53,552 bases of DNA, from the NCBI GenBank assembly GCA_016182385.1, contig JACPGV010000002.1, positions 1 to 53,552 on the forward strand. The letters are read 5' to 3'. The stretch comes from Candidatus Moraniibacteriota bacterium. GTDB taxonomy: Bacteria; Patescibacteriota; Minisyncoccia; Moranbacterales; UBA1568. Below, piece by piece: positions 1 through 10,526 of the stretch. The translations under genes were made by a program, and so were the position numbers. Every line of letters starts with the position of its first letter. Position 1 is the first letter of the stretch. The notes under the pieces were generated by a model. The model saw only the letters and a list, made by a program, of their open reading frames with translations. It had not been told where the DNA came from and made no database searches.

Positions 1-79
1 AAGGAAACAAGAGAAAAATACCACAAAGAAGCATCTTTGAGAGAAAGGAGAGAAAAGGGAGAAAAGAGGAAGAAGGCAT
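1..79 (-). CDS. 5' end of a gene running off the window; hydrophobic, signal-peptide-like N-terminus
   Basis: ATG at 79 on the minus strand reads MPSSSFLPFLSFLSKMLLCGIFLLFP to the window edge. Confidence 0.35.
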   Translation of the reverse strand, partial: MPSSSFLPFLSFLSKMLLCGIFLLFP

Positions 80-143
80 ACGAAAGAAAGAGTTTTTGAC
101 CTCTTTAGTATACCGTACTTTTCTGTGGTGTGGGAAGGGAGCT

Positions 144-1340
144 TTACTTATAACGGAGGGCATCAAGTGCGTCAATATGAGAGGCTTTGCGTGCCGGAAA
201 GACACCGGTGAGAAAGCCGACAAAGGCACCGAAAGCAATAACTGTTGAAATAAACCAAAGCGGACTGAAGAAAAGATCGACAGATTCTCCGCCAAAGCGA
301 CTGGCCACGAGGTTGATAAGAGCATTGAGCACTTGTCCTTCAATGTATCCTAAAATGACCCCGCCGAGCGCTCCCAGAAAACCCATAAGAGTCGATTCCA
401 TAATGAACATCATTGAAATACTCATGCGAGAAGCGCCGATAGCTTTCATGATACCAATTTCTTCGGTGCGTTCAAGCAACGCTATGGTCATGGTATTAAA
501 CATTCCGATAGCGGAAACAACGAGAGCAATCATACCAAACACCATAAGAACAATTTGAACGGCACGGAATACCTTGTTTGCTTGATCAATGGTCTCAGAA
601 ATAGAAGATGCGATGAATCCGCGTTGTTCAATTTCTTGACGTACCAAATTGAGGATATCTGTAGAACGGCACTTCACTTTAAGTTTCGTGTAGCTAGTAA
701 GAGGAAATCCAGTGAGCGAATCAAGAGAGAGATACACGATATTTTCTTCTCCTGAAACAACGCCGACGATGGTATAAGTATTTTCAGGAGTGAAAGAAAG
801 GCCCTGACTTGTTTGTTCGCTTTCTTCGTTTTGAAACAAAGCAAGAGTAACGGGTGTTCCGATCATTTCTTCCGCTGGCTTGCTAAAGACTTGCGCGACG
901 GCGGTGGTGATAACAATACTGGTTGTTTCTTCTTTCGTAAAAAGCTTGCCCTCTTGTATTTTGAGACCTTCGTTTTTGAGAAGAGAAGCAGTCGAGCTTA
1001 CGGTGTTAACGTCGAGCGTGATATCACCGAATTTTCCTTGGCCGGCCAGTTCCAATATCGGAATAACGTCGGCAACGTTGGGAATATTTTTTATTTCCGC
1101 GATGGTGGCACTGTCGAGTGCCTCCGGTCCGTTTTCATCGCCTAGTGTGACATCGAGCGTAACAAGGGCGTCAGAAGTAGTAATTTTTTTGAGGAGGGTG
1201 TTTTGCAATCCATAGCCGAAAGAAACGAGAAAAATAATGGCGGCGATACCGACGCTCATACCGAGAATAGTCAAAAGCGTTCGCATGGTGCGTGCTTTAA
1301 ACATACGGAGAGAAAGTTTGAGGATATCGAAGAAGCGCAT
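144..1340 (-). CDS. ABC transporter permease, MacB/FtsX family
   Basis: N-terminal RTLLTILGMSVGIAAII, large extracytoplasmic domain, C-terminal ERTEEIGIMKAIGA and PARKAS..D..DALRY motifs. Confidence 0.9.
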   Translation of the reverse strand: MRFFDILKLSLRMFKARTMRTLLTILGMSVGIAAIIFLVSFGYGLQNTLLKKITTSDALVTLDVTLGDENGPEALDSATIAEIKNIPNVADVIPILELAGQGKFGDITLDVNTVSSTASLLKNEGLKIQEGKLFTKEETTSIVITTAVAQVFSKPAEEMIGTPVTLALFQNEESEQTSQGLSFTPENTYTIVGVVSGEENIVYLSLDSLTGFPLTSYTKLKVKCRSTDILNLVRQEIEQRGFIASSISETIDQANKVFRAVQIVLMVFGMIALVVSAIGMFNTMTIALLERTEEIGIMKAIGASRMSISMMFIMESTLMGFLGALGGVILGYIEGQVLNALINLVASRFGGESVDLFFSPLWFISTVIAFGAFVGFLTGVFPARKASHIDALDALRYK

Positions 1341-1343
1341 AGA

Positions 1344-2648
1344 TTAACTGTATTTTATAAGCATAATAATCTCTATTTCACGCACTATTTTTTCGGCGGT
1401 ATGTTTATGAAGTCCGGCACCGCCCTTGGCAACGGGCGTATCGAAATATTTTGCGAGCTCCACTTGTCCTACTTGGCTAGCAAGGCGCATCTGCAGGGCC
1501 TCCTCGAAATTTTTTTCTTGCTCAGTGGAGAGATGAAGATTGAACAATTCTTTGAGATAGCGGGAAAGAGAAGTGGTCGCTTGCCCCGGTTTTTCTTTGA
1601 GTGTTTGTGATTGTTCGATGATTTGATTTGTACGTATGGCAAAAGAATTGGCGCGTAATTTGTTCCAGCCAGCCCCACCATCATCGAGATCAAGATCGAG
1701 GCGATCGGCAAATGTTTCGGTAGTAATATTTTTGAAGAGGAGTTCTTTCAGGAAGGCTTCCGCCATACTAATTTGTTCTTCGGTGAGTTGCGAGAGAAGG
1801 TGTGCAAGAAGCTGTTTGGCTTTGAAGGGAACAAGGAGCACGTCAACCTGTTGAGGAAGAAGACTCTTGAAGGAATTCATAAGCATTTGCAATTCATTTG
1901 ATTCTGGAGATTTTTCGACCTCTGTTTTTTTGACGGATTCGATGGGCCGTTTTTCTTTGTGAACCTCTTCTTTGATAATGCGACCGTCTTTCATGTAAAT
2001 AACCCGATCCGCGTAAGGGAGATGTTCCGGGTTATGCGTTACCATGATGACGGTTTTTTTGTCGACCTCATTCAACTCTTTGAGAATTTTGAGTACGTTT
2101 TCAGCGCTTTCGCTATCGAGGTTTCCGACCGGTTCGTCGGCAAGAATAATTTCTGGATTATTGACAAGAGAGCGGGCGATAGCAACACGTTGTTTTTGAC
2201 CGCCGGAAAGTTGACTGGGAAATTTGTCTGCTTGTTCGACAATGCCGAAACGACGTAGGAGCTTGATACCTGATTGCTTGCGTTCACGAGGAGCTTCCCC
2301 GATGAACATTTTTGGGAGACAGACATTTTCGAGAATGTTGAGTGAGGAAATGAGATAAAATGCCTGAAAGATCATGCCGATCTTATTTTGATGAAGATCG
2401 AGCTCTTCTTTGCGGGACATTTTGGCGATAGAAATTCCCTGGATGGAAACGTCTCCGTACGTGGGAGATTGGAGCCCGGAAATAGAGTAAAGGAGCGTTG
2501 ATTTACCACAACCCGAGGGACCAAAAATAATCACATATTCATGTGGATAAATGGCGAGATTTGTTTCTTCGAGTGCGCGCGTTTCGTTGGATTTTCCCTG
2601 ATTGTAGATAATGCGCAGTTTATCAACAACAATAATAGGTTCACTCAT
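1344..2648 (-). CDS. ABC transporter ATP-binding protein (LolD/MacB type) with a ~200-aa C-terminal extension
   Basis: Walker A GPSGCGKST, LSGGQ signature, ILADEP, H-loop VTHN; start taken at MSEPII (2648). Confidence 0.9.
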   Translation of the reverse strand: MSEPIIVVDKLRIIYNQGKSNETRALEETNLAIYPHEYVIIFGPSGCGKSTLLYSISGLQSPTYGDVSIQGISIAKMSRKEELDLHQNKIGMIFQAFYLISSLNILENVCLPKMFIGEAPRERKQSGIKLLRRFGIVEQADKFPSQLSGGQKQRVAIARSLVNNPEIILADEPVGNLDSESAENVLKILKELNEVDKKTVIMVTHNPEHLPYADRVIYMKDGRIIKEEVHKEKRPIESVKKTEVEKSPESNELQMLMNSFKSLLPQQVDVLLVPFKAKQLLAHLLSQLTEEQISMAEAFLKELLFKNITTETFADRLDLDLDDGGAGWNKLRANSFAIRTNQIIEQSQTLKEKPGQATTSLSRYLKELFNLHLSTEQEKNFEEALQMRLASQVGQVELAKYFDTPVAKGGAGLHKHTAEKIVREIEIIMLIKYS

Positions 2649-2839
2649 GATTTTTCTTTCAGTAATGTTTTTATCATACCACATATTTTTTCTCATATTA
2701 AGCCTTTTTGTTTGCTCAGCAGTTTATTTTTTGATAATATGAAAGACATGAAAGAATTGCGTGTTGTGATATTATTCGGGATGGTGCAGGTCATTTTTTT
2801 GACTCTTTTGGGTATATTTTTTCTTTGGTTTTGATAAAA

Positions 2840-3568
2840 ATGCTTACGATACTATTGCACAAGTTGTTTTTTGCTCATGATATTGCGAGCGGCATTCTTG
2901 CCAGACATCTTTTTTTTGTAAAACGATTCTTGCTATTCATTGCTCACGCAAGCCTTTTGGGATTCTTGTTTCCGGAATGGAGGAAGGAGTTTGGTTCACT
3001 TGCGGCTACAGTGCTTATTATTATTTTGTTTTTAAGTCCGCTTGCCAAAATATCGGGAATGCGATTGTTGGCGCAGTGTTTGGCCTTACGACGAGAACTG
3101 GGGATTTTGATGGGATATCTTGCTTTGGTGCACGGACTCGGGTTTTTATTGGATCCAAGATTTTTTCATCGTTTTATAGAGCCGTTTCTTTGGTCGGAAG
3201 TTTTTTTTATCAATCCCGGAATTCTTTTTGGTGGCGTAGCTCTTTTTGTAACATTTCCCCTTTTGTGTACCTCTAATGATCTTGCTTTGCGATTTTTAGG
3301 TGGAAAAAAGTGGAAGCTGCTGCATCGTTTAGTGTATGTCCTTTTCGCTACCGCTCTTTTTCATCGTTTTTTTATGCGAAGCGGACAAGCTCTGGATGTC
3401 GTAAGTTTGTTACAGGCTTTTCTACTTGGAGGAGGATATGTTTTAGTAAAAATACTGGCGTGGAAGAATTTTTCTCCTTCTTTGGAGAAAGGAATTTTTT
3501 TTGTAGCGAATCAATATAAAAAATATACGGAAAACAAGATAATGGTAAGAGGAGAAGAAAATAAATAA
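2840..3568 (+). CDS. Ferric reductase-like heme-binding membrane protein (MsrQ/YedZ-like)
   Basis: RRELGI..Y...HG, TSN...R.LG..WK.LHRLVY motifs, multiple TM helices. Confidence 0.75.
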   Translation: MLTILLHKLFFAHDIASGILARHLFFVKRFLLFIAHASLLGFLFPEWRKEFGSLAATVLIIILFLSPLAKISGMRLLAQCLALRRELGILMGYLALVHGLGFLLDPRFFHRFIEPFLWSEVFFINPGILFGGVALFVTFPLLCTSNDLALRFLGGKKWKLLHRLVYVLFATALFHRFFMRSGQALDVVSLLQAFLLGGGYVLVKILAWKNFSPSLEKGIFFVANQYKKYTENKIMVRGEENK

Positions 3569-3589
3569 ATTACTGATTTTATGTAGAGT

Positions 3590-4816
3590 ATGCGATACGC
3601 GTTGTATTTTTTGGGATTCTTTTGGGTATATTTTTTTTCGGTGCCGGTTTTGGCGAGCGAGGTTGTTTTTCCGCCTGTTTCCATAGATGTTTTTGAGCGA
3701 CAAGATTGCGCTCATTGCCAGGCAGAAAAAGCCTATCTTCTTGATTTGCAAGGAAAACGTGACGATTTTGCTGTTCGTTTTATTGATATTGATACAGAAG
3801 AAGGAAAACAATTGTTTGATCGTTTTACCGCCTCGCAGGAGCTTTCTCGAGCGACGCCCATCACCGTTATTCACGGTACCGTGTTGCAGGGTTTTGATAG
3901 CAAAGAAACAACCGGTACGCGCATTGAAGCTCTTGTGGAGATTGCTTCAGGGGCGGATGCTATCACGATTGACGATCTTCTTTCGGGAAAAAAAAGCACC
4001 ATAGAAAAATCCCAAGGAGCGATTTGTGATAGCGAGACGGGTATTTGTACTATGCCAAAAGCCGATTCTTTTTTGATAACACTTCCATTTTTTGGCACGG
4101 TCATCGATGTGGCTGAATATTCTCTCCCTGTTCTTTCCGGAGTTTTGGGACTTATTGATGGCTTTAATCCTTGCGCTATGTGGGTATTGGTTACGTTTCT
4201 TATTGTCTTGGTTCAGATGGAGTCACGTGAACGCATGTTCATGGTTGCCGGGCTTTTTATTGTGGCGGAGGCTATCATGTATTATCTTATTTTAAATGTA
4301 TGGTTTACCGCGTGGGATTTTGTTGGGCTTGATCGAATCGTGACGCCTATCGTTGGTATGGTAGCGGTCGGTGGTGGATTATTTTTTCTTTACGAGTGGT
4401 ATACATCGGATGGGACATGTAAGGTGGTTGATCTTGAGGGACGAGCGAAGATTTCCGGCAGAATAAAAAAATTAGCAAGCGAACCTTTCACGTGGATGAC
4501 GGCTTTTGGGGTGATAGCGCTTGCATTTTCCGTGAACGTAATCGAATTTGCTTGCTCGATCGGTATTCCGCAGGCTTTTACCAAGATCATTGAAATAAAC
4601 AATCTTGGTTTTTGGCAGACGCAATTCTATATGTTCGATTACATTTTCTTTTATATGGTTGATGATTTCCTTGTTTTTGGGTTGGCGTTTTGGGGCTTTG
4701 AAAAGCTTCATTTGACGGAAAAATATTCCAAGTGGTCGAATCTTATCGGGGGAATTCTCATGATTCTTTTGGGATATTTGCTTATTTTTGAGCCGGCGTT
4801 TTTGCGTGTTCTCTAG
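3590..4816 (+). CDS. Glutaredoxin-like domain fused to a DsbD/CcdA-like membrane domain
   Basis: Signal/TM, CAHC motif, then DGFNPCAMW and EFACS in a polytopic C-terminal half. Confidence 0.75.
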   Translation: MRYALYFLGFFWVYFFSVPVLASEVVFPPVSIDVFERQDCAHCQAEKAYLLDLQGKRDDFAVRFIDIDTEEGKQLFDRFTASQELSRATPITVIHGTVLQGFDSKETTGTRIEALVEIASGADAITIDDLLSGKKSTIEKSQGAICDSETGICTMPKADSFLITLPFFGTVIDVAEYSLPVLSGVLGLIDGFNPCAMWVLVTFLIVLVQMESRERMFMVAGLFIVAEAIMYYLILNVWFTAWDFVGLDRIVTPIVGMVAVGGGLFFLYEWYTSDGTCKVVDLEGRAKISGRIKKLASEPFTWMTAFGVIALAFSVNVIEFACSIGIPQAFTKIIEINNLGFWQTQFYMFDYIFFYMVDDFLVFGLAFWGFEKLHLTEKYSKWSNLIGGILMILLGYLLIFEPAFLRVL

Positions 4817-4872
4817 GAAGATTACGCAATAAATGCTATACTGTGACGGTAAGTTATAATTATCAATATTTT

Positions 4873-5712
4873 ATGGAGACAGAAAATCTTCCAGTTTCGC
4901 CAGAAACGGAAAAAAGAAGTTGTGTTTGTGGTGCCAGTAAAGATGCGATGGTCATTGCCGGAGCTATTCTTTTGGGGAGTCTTATTATTGCCGGAGTGCT
5001 TTTTATGACACTCTGGAAACCCGTTTCTGAGAGCGCGGTGCCGACTACTAAACAGGAAGAAGCAAAAAAACCGGAAAAGCCGGAAGTAACCATGGATGCC
5101 ATCAAAGCACTCTTTAATGAGAGAAATCTTGTTTTTGGTGATAAAGAAAGCAAGGTATTGTTTGTTGAGTTTAGTGATCCAAGTTGTCCTTATTGTCATG
5201 TTGCCGCTGGAAAAAATCCCAATTTGAATAAAAAGATTGGCACGCAGTTTACCATGGTTAAGGACGGTGGAGCGTATGTGCCGCCGGTTTTGGAAATGAA
5301 GAAATTGGTGGATGCCGGAAAGGCCGGATTTGTTTGGTTGTATACCAATGGTCATGGGAATGGCGAGATGGGAACCAAGGCTATGTATTGTGCTCATGAG
5401 AAGGGAAAGTTTTGGGAAGTGCATGATTTGCTCATGAGCGCGGCCGGATACGATGTTTTGAATACCACGGTAAAAAATGAAAAAAGTAAAGCTAATGTTT
5501 TGGCAAACTTTTTGAAGAGTGCTGTAGCGCCTACTGATATGAGAAGCTGTTTGGAAAGCGGTCGTTATGATGACCGTATTGCTGAAAATAGCGCCGCGGC
5601 CGGAAGTCTCGGTGTTGGTGGTACCCCGAATTTTTTCGTGAACACAGCCAATTTTACAGGGGCATACAGTTTTAAGGATATGCAACCGATTGTTGACCAG
5701 TATTTGCAGTAA
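4873..5712 (+). CDS. DsbA-family thioredoxin-fold protein, membrane anchored
   Basis: EFSDPSCPYC, KFWEVHD, GVGGTPNFFVN; N-terminal TM; start taken at METENL. Confidence 0.85.
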   Translation: METENLPVSPETEKRSCVCGASKDAMVIAGAILLGSLIIAGVLFMTLWKPVSESAVPTTKQEEAKKPEKPEVTMDAIKALFNERNLVFGDKESKVLFVEFSDPSCPYCHVAAGKNPNLNKKIGTQFTMVKDGGAYVPPVLEMKKLVDAGKAGFVWLYTNGHGNGEMGTKAMYCAHEKGKFWEVHDLLMSAAGYDVLNTTVKNEKSKANVLANFLKSAVAPTDMRSCLESGRYDDRIAENSAAAGSLGVGGTPNFFVNTANFTGAYSFKDMQPIVDQYLQ

Positions 5713-5729
5713 GAAAGATTTGATAGACG

Positions 5730-5758
5730 AGAGCGGCCCCTGTAAGGCCGCTCTTTTC
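5730..5758 (+). terminator. Intrinsic terminator
   Basis: AGAGCGGCC/GGCCGCTCT stem followed by a T-rich tail. Confidence 0.7.
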
Positions 5759-5795
5759 GTTTCTTCTGAAAGCGAAAATTGCTATACTGATAGAT

Positions 5796-7337
5796 ATGAA
5801 AATGACATTACAGGATGTATTGCGACAATGGAGAGATAATCAGGCTCGCATGGAGGGAGTGGAGGGTTTTCGTGTTTTACCGAACGCCACTCTTTTTTCT
5901 TTGGCCGAAAAAAAACCGCAAACAAAAAACGACCTACTTTCCATAAAGGGCATCAAAGAAGGAAAATGCAGAAAATATGGCGCTGCATTGTTACGTATCA
6001 TCGAAGAACAAACTATCGAGAAAGAGACAGGAGAAGAATTTTTTCAGGAAGGAGCCGAGAAGTCTTCTCGCGGCGAGAGCGATATTTTGTCTGTTGGTCA
6101 ATTTCTTGATGGTGTTAATGCCGAACTTTCTGGAATGGCGGCTCGAATACGTGGCGAGGTATCAAGCGTCGATGAGCGTGAACGAGTGGTTTATTTTACA
6201 CTCAAAGATGAGGAAGGAACCCTCTCCTGTCTCATTTTTCAGTATCAATATCGAATATCTGGCGTGATGCTTAAGATTGGTGACGAAGTTATTGTTGAAG
6301 GAGTTCCGGAAGTATATAAACCAAACGGTCGTTTAAGTCTTCGGGTGGGAGTCATTGAGTTGTGCGGTGAGGGTGCTTTACAGAAGGCCTATGACGCGTT
6401 GAAATTAAAATTGGAACAAGAAGGGGTTTTTTCTCCTGAGCGGAAACGTCTTTTACCCGAGCTTCCCCAGCGTATCGCGCTTATTACGTCCGAACAAGGT
6501 GCGGCTATTGGTGATTTTACTACCAACCTTGGGAGACACGGATTGACTGTGCATTTTTGTCCGACAAGCGTTGAAGGAAAAAGAGCGACAGTTGAAATTA
6601 TTGAAGCCATTCGTTTTTTTCAACGACAGAAAGAATCTTACGATATTCTCGTTCTTGTTCGTGGTGGAGGAAGTCTGGAGAGTTTACAAGCATTTAATAA
6701 TGAAATGTTGGTGCGGGAAATAGCTTCTTCAAAAATACCAACGCTTCTTGGGGTTGGTCATGAAAAAGATATCACTTTGGCCGCTCTTGCTGCCGACACA
6801 ATGGTATCTACGCCCACCGCCGCCGCACGAACACTTTCTTTTTCTTGGGAAAAGGCGAGTGGTCTGTTGCGGCAGATGGAACAGCATATTTTTCAGGCAT
6901 ATGAAAAGGCTTTTCTGGTAACCAAGTATCGTTTACGTCAATATGCTCAAAATCTCTCCGAACAACTTGATGTGTATATTAAAGTACAGAGTGGTTTTCG
7001 GGAGAGACTCTTTCTTTGTTTTTCAAAAATAGAGTATGCTTTACGGGAACAGAGACAAAAAAGCATATTTTTCCAGGAAACGTTATTGCGGCGTTTTGCC
7101 GTGGCGCTTGAGACAATAGGGCAATCCTGTAAGCATACTGAGGAGGCGCTTCATCGATACGATCCAAAGCGAGCGCTTCGTTTGGGATACAGTCTCATTA
7201 AAAAAGAAGGTCAATTGGTGCGGAGCGTACGCGCGGTGCGTGCGGGAGATATGCTTTCTGTCCGCTTGGCTGACGGACGATTGGATTCACAGGTATTGAA
7301 CGTGTATAATGAAGAGGCTGAAACAGAAACCCTATGA
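5796..7337 (+). CDS. xseA: Exodeoxyribonuclease VII large subunit with N-terminal HRDC domain
   Basis: YFTLKD, ITSEQGAAIGD, RGGGSLESL..FN.E, GVGHEKD, TPTAAA; the first ~70 aa match the HRDC pattern. Confidence 0.9.
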   Translation: MKMTLQDVLRQWRDNQARMEGVEGFRVLPNATLFSLAEKKPQTKNDLLSIKGIKEGKCRKYGAALLRIIEEQTIEKETGEEFFQEGAEKSSRGESDILSVGQFLDGVNAELSGMAARIRGEVSSVDERERVVYFTLKDEEGTLSCLIFQYQYRISGVMLKIGDEVIVEGVPEVYKPNGRLSLRVGVIELCGEGALQKAYDALKLKLEQEGVFSPERKRLLPELPQRIALITSEQGAAIGDFTTNLGRHGLTVHFCPTSVEGKRATVEIIEAIRFFQRQKESYDILVLVRGGGSLESLQAFNNEMLVREIASSKIPTLLGVGHEKDITLAALAADTMVSTPTAAARTLSFSWEKASGLLRQMEQHIFQAYEKAFLVTKYRLRQYAQNLSEQLDVYIKVQSGFRERLFLCFSKIEYALREQRQKSIFFQETLLRRFAVALETIGQSCKHTEEALHRYDPKRALRLGYSLIKKEGQLVRSVRAVRAGDMLSVRLADGRLDSQVLNVYNEEAETETL

Positions 7338-7540
7338 CCACAAAAAAATCTCTCAATGAATCTTTGAAGAAACTGGAAACGATTGTTCGCTGGTTTGATG
7401 ATCAGGAGGCAGTAGATGTCGAGCAGGGTTTGCAAAAGGTCAAAGAAGGAGCGCTTCTTATTCAAGAAAGCAAGATCCGACTCAAAGAGATTGAGAACGA
7501 ATTTATAACAGTAAAAAAAGAATTGGAAAAAGAAGAATAA
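7334..7540 (+). CDS. xseB: Exodeoxyribonuclease VII small subunit
   Basis: 68 aa, L..LE.IV pattern, 4-bp overlap with xseA. Confidence 0.85.
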   Translation: MTTKKSLNESLKKLETIVRWFDDQEAVDVEQGLQKVKEGALLIQESKIRLKEIENEFITVKKELEKEE

Positions 7541-7563
7541 GTTTTATTGATTCAATCATCTTT

Positions 7564-8799
7564 ATGGGACAACTTCTTCAATTTTTGCGGGTAGTATTGT
7601 TGCAAGCGGCCGGACTGGTGATTGCTTTTGGAGCCGGCTTCGGATTCGCTTGGTCTTTGTTGAAAAGAATTTTTATTACCAGAACACGGAAAGTATTGTT
7701 TGTGGTATTTTTGTTTGGTGTCGGCCTTTTTTTCATTTCTTCGCAGGTGCTTCCCAATACGGTGGAATATCCGTTATTTATGAAAACGTTCGGACCGTCA
7801 ATGACTCATCCGGGGTTGCCGTTCAAAAATATTATAAGTTTTTTTCGTCATCTTGACGGATTTGAGAGAGTGGAAAACATCGCTCGCAATCCGAATGAAG
7901 TACCGGCACCGATTTCCCGTGATCATGAGGAAACGGTAGATGTTTTTTTGGAAACAAAAGAAGTGATTGCGGAAATCGCTCCCGGAATTTTTTATAATTA
8001 CTGGACATTTGATGGAAAAGTTCCCGGCCCCTTTTTGCGGGTGCGGGAGGGCGATAAGGTACGGGTGCATATAAAGAATAATGACACGAGTTTACATCCG
8101 CATAACGTTGATTTTCACGCTGTTACCGGACCGGGTGGTGGTGCAACGGTTTCTACAGTGATGCCCGGGGAGACAAAAGAATTTTCTTTTAAAGCGCTTC
8201 AGCCGGGACTGTATATTTACCATTGTGCGATTCCCAATGTGGCGGTGCATATGACCCATGGCATGTATGGACTTATTTTGGTAGAGCCAAAAGAAGGATT
8301 GCCGAAAGTGGACAAGGAATTGTACGTGGTTCAGGGGGAGTTTTATTCGACGGGAGCGCTTGGCAAGGAAGGATTGCAGGTATTCGATGGTGAGGCCATG
8401 CTTGATGGTCATCCGCAGTATATTGTATTTAATGGAAAAACCGGCGCTCTTGTTGATACCATGGAAGCAAAAGTTGGTGAGCGGGTACGTGTTTTTTTCG
8501 GAAATGGTGGAGTGAATCTGATTTCGTCGTTTCATGTGATTGGAGAGATATTTGATAGGGTGTATTCGGAAGGCGGCATTGGTGGAGATGTGCATCATAA
8601 TGTTCAGACGACACTTGTTCCGGCCGGTGGAGCCACGATGGTAGAGTTCACTCTTGAAGTTCCTGGAAAGTACATGTTCGTTGATCATGCGCTCGCGCGT
8701 TTGGATCGAGGGTTATGGGGGGTGCTTTCGGTAAGCGGGGAAGAAAACAAAGAAATTTTTGATGGCGTCATGGACACCCGTCCAATAACCGGCCATTAA
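7564..8799 (+). CDS. nirK: Copper-containing nitrite reductase with N-terminal membrane anchor
   Basis: PHNVDFHA, YHCA..VAVHMTHGMYG, SSFHVIGE, FVDH: type 1 and type 2 Cu ligands. Confidence 0.9.
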   Translation: MGQLLQFLRVVLLQAAGLVIAFGAGFGFAWSLLKRIFITRTRKVLFVVFLFGVGLFFISSQVLPNTVEYPLFMKTFGPSMTHPGLPFKNIISFFRHLDGFERVENIARNPNEVPAPISRDHEETVDVFLETKEVIAEIAPGIFYNYWTFDGKVPGPFLRVREGDKVRVHIKNNDTSLHPHNVDFHAVTGPGGGATVSTVMPGETKEFSFKALQPGLYIYHCAIPNVAVHMTHGMYGLILVEPKEGLPKVDKELYVVQGEFYSTGALGKEGLQVFDGEAMLDGHPQYIVFNGKTGALVDTMEAKVGERVRVFFGNGGVNLISSFHVIGEIFDRVYSEGGIGGDVHHNVQTTLVPAGGATMVEFTLEVPGKYMFVDHALARLDRGLWGVLSVSGEENKEIFDGVMDTRPITGH

Positions 8800-8822
8800 A
8801 GAAAAAATAAAAGGAGGGTGAT

Positions 8823-10526
8823 ATGAAACATTTTTCAGGCGATATTTCTATCGTTTTGGGCGGTGCGGCGGGACAAGGAGTGCAAACCGTTGAAGAGTTG
8901 CTGGTAAACGTTCTCAAACGCGAGAAGTATAATGTTTTTGCGTGCAAAGAGTATATGTCTCGTATTCGTGGTGGATCGAATTCGACGGAGATCCGCGTGA
9001 CAGATAAGAAGCGCGCAGCCTTTGTCAATCGCATCGATTTTTTATTTGCGCTTGATAAGGATGTGTTACCGCACTTGAAACATCGAATTTCTTCCAAGAC
9101 GGTTGTGCTTGGAGAAAAAAATAAAATTGTTGATACACAAGAACTGCATGTTATTGATGTGCCGTTTACGCGTTTTGCTCATGAGTTGGGAAATCCTCTT
9201 TATACGAGCACGGTAGCGGTTGGTGTGGCACTCGGATTACTCAAGGCAGACGTGGTGATTTTTCAGGAATATTTACGGACACATTTTGCTCGTAAAGGAG
9301 ATGATATCATAAAGAAAAATCTTGAAGCGGCGGAGAAGGGGTATGTGTTTGGCAAGCATCTTGCCTATAGCGAGGGTATCGAGGTAGTTATGAAAAAAAA
9401 TGAAACGGTAAAAAACGAATTGCTTCTTGATGGACATGAAGCGGTCGGATTGGGAGCGCTTGCCGGTGGATGTGATTATATTTCTTCGTATCCGATGACA
9501 CCAGGAACAGGCGTACTGACATTTCTTGCGCAAAAAGGGAGAGCTCTTGGTGTTATCGTCGATCAAGCGGAAGACGAGATTGCCGCTATCAATCAGGGAT
9601 TGGGTGCGGGATATGCCGGAGCGCGAGCTTTAGTGACAACATCTGGTGGAGGATTTGATCTTATGACAGAGGGAGTGAGTCTTGCTGGAATGATTGAAAC
9701 ACCAATAGTCATTCATATTGCAGGGCGCCCAGGACCCTCGACGGGGTTACCGACGCGGACAGAACAAGCTGATTTGAATTTGGCTTTGTATGCCGGACAT
9801 GGCGAATTTCCACGGGCTATTTTTGCTCCCGGAACGTTAGCTGAGGCTTTTTCTGTTATGGTACAAGCATTTCATATTGCTCATGCTTATCAGATCCCGG
9901 TTTTTATTCTTACGGATCAGTATTTTGTTGATGCTCTCACTACTGTTGCTGAAGAAGATTTTCCTTTTATCGCGTGGCAACAGCATATTGTGAAAACAGA
10001 TGCTTTGTACAAGCGTTATGCTGTTACAGAGAATGGAGTTTCTCCTCGTGGTATTCCCGGCTATGGAGAGGGATTGGTCGGTGTTGATAGTGACGAACAC
10101 GACGACGAAGCGCATATTACGGAAAGCGCCGTCGTACGCGTCGCGATGCATGAAAAGCGTTTGCGAAAAATATCCGGCATAAGAGATGAAGCGTTTTTAC
10201 CGACGGAATTTGGTGATGTGAAGCGCGCGGATACGATTGTGGTTTCGTGGGGATCCAATCGAGGGGTATTGGAAGAGGCATTGGAACATCTCTTGCGTGA
10301 CGACGTGGCGGGAGTGCATTTTTCTCAGGTATATCCGTTGCCGAAAGCGGCAAAAAAAATATTTACTCGCAAAGAGATTATTGTCATTGAGAATAACGCC
10401 AGCGGGCAATTTGCCGAATTATTACAGCAAGAATACGGAGTGAAAGTAAAGAAAAGAATTTTGCAATATGATGGATCGCCGTTTTCGGTTGAGGAAATTA
10501 TTGAAAGAGTAAAGATACTTTTATGA
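8823..10526 (+). CDS. 2-oxoacid:ferredoxin oxidoreductase alpha subunit (fused gamma-alpha)
   Basis: [40 protein letters not shown]. Confidence 0.92.
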   Translation: MKHFSGDISIVLGGAAGQGVQTVEELLVNVLKREKYNVFACKEYMSRIRGGSNSTEIRVTDKKRAAFVNRIDFLFALDKDVLPHLKHRISSKTVVLGEKNKIVDTQELHVIDVPFTRFAHELGNPLYTSTVAVGVALGLLKADVVIFQEYLRTHFARKGDDIIKKNLEAAEKGYVFGKHLAYSEGIEVVMKKNETVKNELLLDGHEAVGLGALAGGCDYISSYPMTPGTGVLTFLAQKGRALGVIVDQAEDEIAAINQGLGAGYAGARALVTTSGGGFDLMTEGVSLAGMIETPIVIHIAGRPGPSTGLPTRTEQADLNLALYAGHGEFPRAIFAPGTLAEAFSVMVQAFHIAHAYQIPVFILTDQYFVDALTTVAEEDFPFIAWQQHIVKTDALYKRYAVTENGVSPRGIPGYGEGLVGVDSDEHDDEAHITESAVVRVAMHEKRLRKISGIRDEAFLPTEFGDVKRADTIVVSWGSNRGVLEEALEHLLRDDVAGVHFSQVYPLPKAAKKIFTRKEIIVIENNASGQFAELLQQEYGVKVKKRILQYDGSPFSVEEIIERVKILL

